A DNA stretch of 63,058 nucleotides, the filler included, from Hausera hauseri (taxonomy: Eukaryota): assembly GCA_046269625.1 (NCBI GenBank). It is 10 parts of 10 records of this genome, joined end to end, with 100 filler letters (N's around TTAATTAATTAA, not from the genome) between each part and the next. Parts side by side here need not be neighbours in the genome. Positions count along the whole stretch, not along the records: positions 52,676 to 58,949 come from JBJURY010118320.1; positions 59,050 to 63,058 come from JBJURY010823084.1; 8 more parts are not named here. The stretch is one strand, 5' to 3'. Made by a program: the position numbers and the translations under genes. The notes under the pieces are model-generated. The model made no database searches, was not told where the DNA came from, and saw nothing but the letters and a program-made list of their open reading frames with translations. Positions 55,601 through 63,058 of the stretch are shown here, piece after piece; positions within the stretch are counted from its first letter, which is position 1; the number at the start of each line of letters is the position of its first letter.

Positions 55601-58600
55601 AAATATGCATGTGTCCGGAACTGGTGAGTCCAAAATTTTTTTGATTCAACTCATTGCGGTGAGTCAAAATGCGCAGGTGTTCGGAACTGGGTCAGTCCAA
55701 ATTTTTTTTCGTCTCAACTCATTGCGGTGAGTCCAAATATGCAGGTGTCCGGAACTGGGTCAGTCCGAAATTTGTCTCCATTCAACTCACTGCGGAAAGT
55801 TCGAATGTGCATGTGTCCGGAACTGGGTGAGTCCAAAATTTTTTTGATTCAACTCATTGCGTTTAGTCGGAATGCGCAGGTGTTCGGAACTGGGACAGTC
55901 CAAATTTTTTTTCGTCTCAACTCATTGCGGGGAGTTCAAATTTGCAACTTTCCGGACAGGCTCAGTCCAAAATATTTTTTCGACTCAAACCATTGAGGTG
56001 AGTTCAAATTTGCAACTGTCCGGAACTGGGTCAGTCCAAATTTTATTTCGAATCAATTCATTTCTGTCAGTCCAAATATTCATGTGTCCCGAACTGGCTC
56101 AGTCCAAATATTTTTTCGACCCAATTCATTGCGGTGAGAACAAATATCCATGTGTCCGGAACTGGTGAGTCCAAAATTTTTTGATTCAACTTATTGCGGT
56201 GAGTCGGAATGCGCAGGTGTTCGGAACTGGGTCAGTCCAAATTTTTTTTCGTCTCAACTTACTGAGGTCAGTTCAAATTTGCAACTTTCCGGACTGGGTC
56301 AGTCCAAAATACTTTTTCGACTCACCCCATTGCACTGAGTTCAAATTTGCAACTGTCCGGACCTGGGTCAGTCCAAATTTTATTTCGTATCAATTCATCG
56401 CTGTGAGTCCAAATATGCAGGTGTCCGGAAATGGCTCAGTCCAAATAGTTTTTCGACTCAATTCATTACGGTGAGAACAAATATGCACGTGTCCGGAACT
56501 GGGTCAGTCCAAAACTTTTTTTGATTCAACTTATTGCGGTGAGTTCAAATTTGCAACTGTCCGGAAGTGGGTCAGTCCAAATTTTATTTCGAATCAATTC
56601 ATTGCTGTGAGTCCAAATATGCAGGTGTCCGGAACTGGGTCAGTCCAAAAATTTTTGATTCAACTTATTGCGGTGAGTCGGAATATGCATGTGTCCGGAA
56701 CTGGGTGAGTCGAAAATTTTTTTGATTCAACTCATTGCGGTGAGTCGGAATGCGCAGGTGTTCGGAACTGGGTCAGTCCAAATTTTTTTTCGTCTCAACT
56801 CATTGCGGTGAGTTCAAATTTGCAACTGTCCGGAACTGGGTCAGTCCAAATTTTTTTTGTCTCAACTCATTGCGGTGAGTTCAAATTTGCAACTTTCCGA
56901 AACTGAGTTAGTCCAAATTTTATTTCGAATCAATTCATTGCTGTGAGTCCAAATATGCAGGTGTCTGGAAATGGCTCAGTCCAAATAGTTTTTCGACTCA
57001 ACTCTTTGCGGTGAGTCGGAATATGCATGTGTCTGGAACTGGTGAGTCCAAAATTTTTTGATTCAACTCATTGCGGTGAGTCGGAATGCGCAGGTATTCG
57101 GAACTGGGTCAGTCCAAATTTTTTTTCGTCTCAACTCACTGAGGTGAGTTCGAATTTGCAACTTTCCGTAGTGGGTGAGTCCAAAATTTTTTTTCGACTC
57201 CACCCATTACGGTAAGTTTAAATAAGCAGGTGTCCGGAAATGGGTCAGTCCGAAATTTTGCTCCATTCAACTCATTGCGGAGAGTTCGATTGTGCATGTG
57301 TTTGGAACTGTGTCAGTCTAATTATTTTGATTTAACTTATTGCTGACAGTTCTAATATGCTTGCGTCTGGAACTGGGTCAGTCCAAAATTTGTTTTGATT
57401 CAACTCATGGCGTTTAGTCGGAATGCGCAGGGTTTCGGAACTGGGACAGTCCAAAATTTTTTTCGACTCAACTCATTGCGGTGAGTACAAATTTGCAGCT
57501 GTCCGGAATTGGGTCAGTGCAAATTTTATTTCGAATGAATTCATTGCTGTGAGTCCAAATATTTATGTGTCCCAAACTGGCTGAGTCCAAATATTTTTTC
57601 GACTTAGTTCATTGCGGTGAGAACAAATATGCATGTGTCCGGTACTGGGTCAGTCCAAAATTTTTTTTGACTCAACTTATTGCGGTGAGTCGGATTGCCC
57701 GGGTATTCGGAACTGGGTAAATCCAAATTTTATTTCGTCTCAACTCATTGCGGTGAGTACAAATTTTCAGCTGTCCGGAACTGGGTCAATCCAAATATTA
57801 TTTCGAATCAATTCATTGCTGTGAGTCCAAATATGCACGTGTCCGGATCTGGCTCAGTCCAAATAGTTTTTCGACTGATTTCATTACGAAGAAAAGAGAC
57901 ATGCATGTGTCCGGAACTGGGTCAGTCCAAAATTATTTTTCGACTCCACTCATTGCGGTGAGTCCAAATATGCAGGTGTCCGGCAATGGATCTGTCCGAA
58001 ATTTTTCTCCATTCAACTCATTGCGGAGAGTTCGATTGTGCATGTGTTTGGAACTGGGTAAGTCTAAAATTTTTTTTGATTCAACTCATTTCGGTGAGTC
58101 GGATTGCGCAGGTATTCGGATCTGGTTCAATCCAAATTTTTTTTCGTCTCATCTCATAGCTGTGACTTCAAATTTGCAACTTTCCGGACTGGGTCAGTCC
58201 AAAATTTTTAATCGACTCCACCCATTGCGGTGAGTCCAAATATTCAGGTGTCCGGCAAAGGATCTGTCCGAAATTTTTCTCCATTCAACTCATTGCGGAG
58301 AGTTTGATTGTGCATGTGTCCGGAACTGGGTGAGTCCAAAATTTTTTGATTCAACTCATTGCGGTGAGTCGTAATGCGCAGGTGTTCGAAACTGGGTCAG
58401 TCCAAATTTTTTTTCGTCTCAACTCACTGAGGTCAATTCAAATTTGCAACTTTCCGGAGTGGGTGAGTCCAAAATTTTTTTTCGATTCCACCCATTTCAA
58501 TGAGTTCAAATTTGCAACTGTCCGTTAATGGGTCAGTCCAAATTTTATTTCGAATCAATTCATTGCTGTGAGTCCAAATATTCAGGTGTCTGGAAATGGC

Positions 58601-58949
58601 TTAGTCCAAATAGTTTTTCGACTCAATTCATTGCCGTAAGAACAAATATGCATGTGTCCGGAACTGGGTGAGTCCAAAACTTTTTTTGATTCAAATTATT
58701 GCGGTGAGATCAAATTTGCAACTGTCCGGAAGTGGGTCAGTCCAAATTTTATTTCGAATCAATTCATTGCTGTGAGTCCAAATATTCAAGTGTCTGGAAA
58801 TGGCTCAGTCCAAATAGTTTTTCGACTCAATTCATTGCGGTAAGAACAAATATGCATGTGTCCGGAACTGGGTCAGTCTAAAATTTTCTTGATTCAACTC
58901 ATTTCGGTGAGTCGGATTGCGCAATTATTTGGATCTGGTTCAATCCAAA
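52676..58949. repeat. Tandem satellite, ~68-bp monomer (~90 copies)
   Basis: Consensus approximately GTCCGGAACTGGGTCAGTCCAAATTTTTTTTCGACTCAACTCATTGCGGTGAGTCCAAATATGCATGT; GGAACT recurs at 52721, 52789, 52858 and onward. Confidence 0.97.
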
Positions 58950-59155
58950 NNNNNNNNNNNNNNNNNNNNNNNNNNNNNNNNNNNNNNNNNNNNTTAATTA
59001 ATTAANNNNNNNNNNNNNNNNNNNNNNNNNNNNNNNNNNNNNNNNNNNNGTTTGTAATATAAACAGAACAACGTGTTAGACAGGCACATATATAACGGTA
59101 TAATTTCATTTAACTCCGTCTCTCTACATCTCTTGCTCTCTCTCTCCTTACGACA

Positions 59156-59575
59156 ATGAATTCCGATAAAGCGAATAATTTGAGTTCTGCGACTTAGCCC
59201 AGATACAACGAATATTCGGTTAGAACGGCCCTGTTGTACAATGGGTACAAGTTGAACTATCTACGAACGCCTGTTCAATTGAGGTTGGCGCAATCGATAA
59301 AACTCAAACAGGTGAAGTATTCTTTGCTGGCCAAGAAAATCGATGACAATGATTTGGACGCGATGGAGGAAACAATGAAAAAACTCGACAATGACTTGGA
59401 GTTGTCTAAACATATCCGAGATACCTCCGCATTTTTTCTCAAGAGCTATATGCGGAAAATTGTCCTTTCAAATAGAGAAGCACCAGCAACATTGCCAGCT
59501 GAAGAAGCTAAAGGCTACTTAACTCTGAAGCTGAAAGGCTACAAAGAAATGATGTTCGTGAAATCTCTTAATTGA
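59156..59575 (+). pseudogene. Polinton-associated unknown ORF (second copy)
   Basis: Homologous to 41319-41740; one early stop; convergent with polB. Confidence 0.6.
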
Positions 59576-62500
59576 TTGTCCTCCTCTCCCTTGTCGTCCC
59601 CCGAATTCTTCGTCTGCTGCTGCTTCATAGATACGGCGATAATCACCGTGGATCAGTTCAATCTGGGACAGCTAAATGCCTTTTGCGCACATTTTCGGTC
59701 CACAGTCCGTCAGGAAACTGTAGAACTTTGGGCTTAGGAATATCCATTCTCCGTACTGAACACGGCCTTCGCTTTCATTCTTGAAGCATCCGATTTTGTT
59801 CATGATGGCGTTGCTATACAGCGGATGATTCTGCGGGTGATTCTGCCATTATTTGAAAAAGAAGTTGGTCGCGATTGACGTTTTTTAGCTCTAGGAAAAA
59901 GCTATCTGTGTTACCTGCAACGATCCTGATCTCGCAGCCGTCGAACATTTGCCCCTAACGTGACAAATCGCGATACTGTAGCTCGTACATTCGCTACTTG
60001 CTCAGGTCCAATACCACTTATCCGATATAGCTTGGTCGGTCCAGTACGACTTCTTCCCTGTTTAACAGCACGGCGATCAATCCATTGGCAATGTGCATTG
60101 ACCGCCTGAACTGTGCCTTGCTGGTATACGTAACCAGCCGTTTTTCGTTGTTACATAGGCACACATTGGATCGCTTTTTGAGGTTCTCTACTGTTTTGCC
60201 GTAAAGAGAATTATTTTTCAACTTGCAGTAATCCTTTTCGAACTTTGTACAAGCTGCGGCTCGTTTTTCTGAATTTCCATTAATGTATGCCTTGAATATC
60301 GGCGCTTCATTGAATTTGATTGCGCTATGCAGCTGTGTGACGCGTACACCAAGCTGCATGTAGAACTGTAGCATACGCCAATGGACTATGTAATTCAGCT
60401 TCGGTTCATATGTCATTAAGAGTTTCTTCACCTTTGAACCGCCGAGCGTACATTGGCTGATTGGCGCGACAGGCAATAGGTCTAAAGCGTCATGCAACTC
60501 ATCCGGTACCACGAGATCAACTTCCATCAGATAGCCAAATGAGCTGTTTTCTGCCTTGTCTAATCTAGGTAAATTTTCCAATATTGCTTCCAGATCTTGC
60601 TTATCCGTTAACCATTCAAATGAACCGTACGGCAAGAGTTGCAAAAGCGCCCAGCCATACAGGTTATTAATGTCAATATACAGCAGTGATGTGGTGTTAT
60701 CATTACTGGCAGTATCAGTACCACTAACGTGGTGCTTGTTAACAAATGTCATGCCGCCACAAATACCAACAACAAACAGTCGATACATTTTTGGGTTTTG
60801 CAATAACTCACTGTCCCGGTCTAATGACACTAGAGCCGACGCCCAACTCATTCCCGGTATGGAATAAAAGTTGAGCAGCTTCAGCCTATCTTCCGCCAAT
60901 GCCTTAGTCCGAAATGCCTAAACCACGTCGGTTAGCAAGTACACGTCCAGTTTCAGATATTAAAGCATGTAATCCAATAGTATTGTGCAGCCGAGCTCTG
61001 GCCAAAATTCCTGTGCTCTACGATATTCATCTTCTGTTATACTGGGCCGCTACGACGGCAATTCCTTTGATGTCTGAAGCCGCTCATACGATACAGCAAA
61101 GTAATACGGGAATATGCCTTTGCTACGTGCAACATGCATCGAAAACTGTGTTTATGTTTACGGCACATCCGGCAGGGCATTTACCAGCTTTGCTAGAGAC
61201 TCATTGAGGAATTGTAATGAGTCAAGGAATAGTACCTGGAACCAGTTTATGCGTTCCGACAGAGACAGGCATTTTTTTATTGTTGTTGGAATTATAGACA
61301 ATTCCCAGTGTGGAAATCCATTAATGGCCCATTTGAGAATATGGTCACAATCATAACCCCTGAAGTTAGGAAATATCACCGGCAGGAATGGCTGCAAACG
61401 CCGTGCTAAATTGCATGAATTGCATGTCGCTCCCAGGTATCGTCCTGTAAAGTGGTCGTGATCAGGTACGAGCCATTCCTGTTTATCCAATGTTAATATT
61501 TTGTTGCACATGTAGCATTTATCTGTGACTGCGAATGCAAGGCGTTCATTTTCCTCTGTCCAGATCAAAGACTTAGTGCTGTAGCTACTGCACCACGGTG
61601 CGATTTCCGCTTCCATTGTTGCCTCCAACTGGTGCAGGAAATCATGTGCACAGTTCCATCCGTCGAAAACGTAATACTGCGGTTGTCCGGTGGCTTATTG
61701 GTACTAGTAACATACCGACGGCGATTGGAATGTGCTTCTGGTCGCATACGTTGTGCCGCGGTACAATTGCTTCAATATCCGCATAGACCACATATGCCGC
61801 ACTGTCCGTTTTTAACCGGTAACTGAATCTCAGCTCCTTTTTGATGGGCATAACGTACATTGCTGTTTCCGATACGTTTCTTCTGCATAACGCCACGTGT
61901 TTTTCCCATGTCGCTTCTGATTTAAAGCCATGCAAACATATAGGGCACGATTTGAAGTGTATTTGTTTTTGGATAAACTGGTCATGGTCCATGTTCAGCA
62001 GCCTGTCCAGATTTGTTACGGCCACGTAATGAAAATTTTCTGCCTGTTCCAACGGCAAGAGGTATATTGGACGTCCATTCGGGTTCCAACTTCGATAGAT
62101 TATGTCCACGTGAGGATTCTTGTAAATTTCCTCATCTGCCAGTATCTCATTACTGAGTTGTACCGGAAAACGTTGATTGACAGTGTCGGATAACGCCGTT
62201 CAAAAGCGGGAATGGTTTTAAGTTTCATCGGCATCCAGCTTTCATCAAAGTCAAATTCGGAAAAATACTAACAATATTGTTTTGAACGATTACACGATTT
62301 CTGGACACCGTCATATTTTAATATGGCTAAAATACTGTAAAAACAGTATACGTCGCTATTATTTTCTACATTCACTACAGTTTTAGTGTTTTAGGGCTGC
62401 AGGTGTCGGTATGAATGATCTCCCTGATAAATCATGTCACTCGACTTTATGATAAAGCCGAGGGTGACAATCTTTACAATTCGCCACCCACTAACCTTTT

Positions 62501-62900
62501 CCGTGCAGTTGGAGATTTTCTCCTCGAGCTTTTCGCCAATCTCGGCGATAAAATCCTCGGTATATAGTACAGCTCGATGTGACAGGTACCATTGTTTCTT
62601 GTCGCATTGCATGTTTTCGAATTCTGCAAATGCATAATACTGCACTTTGCAGTTATGTTGGAAATTTTCCACTTCCGGTTGTCCAACCGGTTTAGCACAA
62701 TGGATGGAACATGTCTCAATTGCGTTGTTGGTTTCGCTGACATGTTCACTTTTATATCCACGTACGATTTTTTCAGATCGTACATGACAGTAATGCATGA
62801 TTCCTCCCCTGTTGCTCCTGTTTTTGATTTCTGTTGTTTTGCAAGTATTCGTCAAGGCTTGTTGATGCCTGACGTTTCCTACATATTGAGGGAATACTGC
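59570..62900 (-). pseudogene. polB: Polinton protein-primed PolB with endonuclease VII-like insert (degenerate)
   Basis: YADIEA; CYMC..DHDHFTGRYLGATCNSCNL; FLDSLQFL; YIDINNLYGWA; KLKNNSLYGK. Confidence 0.92.
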
Positions 62901-63058
62901 TGCTGCTACTTTTTTCTGCGTCCATCAATGTTTTTTCGACCGCTTAAACTGGTTTAAGTGGTCATGGTGCTGATTATAAAATTGTTCATACTTGATTTGA
63001 TCATCAGCTATAGAACAACCGGGACACAGGCCAGTTTACTGTGCCCAAAGTGGTGCCG

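Noticed and set aside
52676-58949. CRISPR array, or the many repetitive ORFs called here
   Set aside because: The whole monomer repeats with no unique spacers and there are no cas genes; the ORFs are by-products of the satellite

Overview
AT-rich, repeat-dominated eukaryotic (probably invertebrate) DNA. It consists of ten short contigs joined by artificial N44-TTAATTAATTAA-N44 linkers, so nothing is linked across those gaps. The standout feature is a near-intact Ty3/Gypsy-type LTR element (1-10988) whose ~3,300-aa polyprotein reads: ubiquitin-like domain, AT-hook, signal peptide plus chuvirus-like class III fusion glycoprotein with TM, PR, RT, RNase H, IN, a second signal peptide, three FN3-like repeats plus TM, an unknown domain, and a REXO4/ISG20-like DEDDh pseudo-exonuclease. 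The PPT and 3' LTR follow. The env-like gene sits upstream of pol, in frame with it. A decayed relative (36853-39310, minus strand) has the same env-to-PR order, and another relative (10990-12090) preserves the exonuclease tail, PPT and LTR hairpins, so this looks like a family. The window also holds two related decayed Gypsy elements, two CsRn1-like Gypsy elements with a ubiquitin-like (RLRGG-type) leader on Gag, three Polinton/Maverick fragments (one with tandem penton genes), a bacterial prophage-like fragment next to an LTR, an intronless mosaic of host gene fragments (BAZ1B, RNF10, AARS, IPO7), and a 6.3-kb ~68-bp satellite. All homology calls are by eye from remembered motifs; no searches were run.
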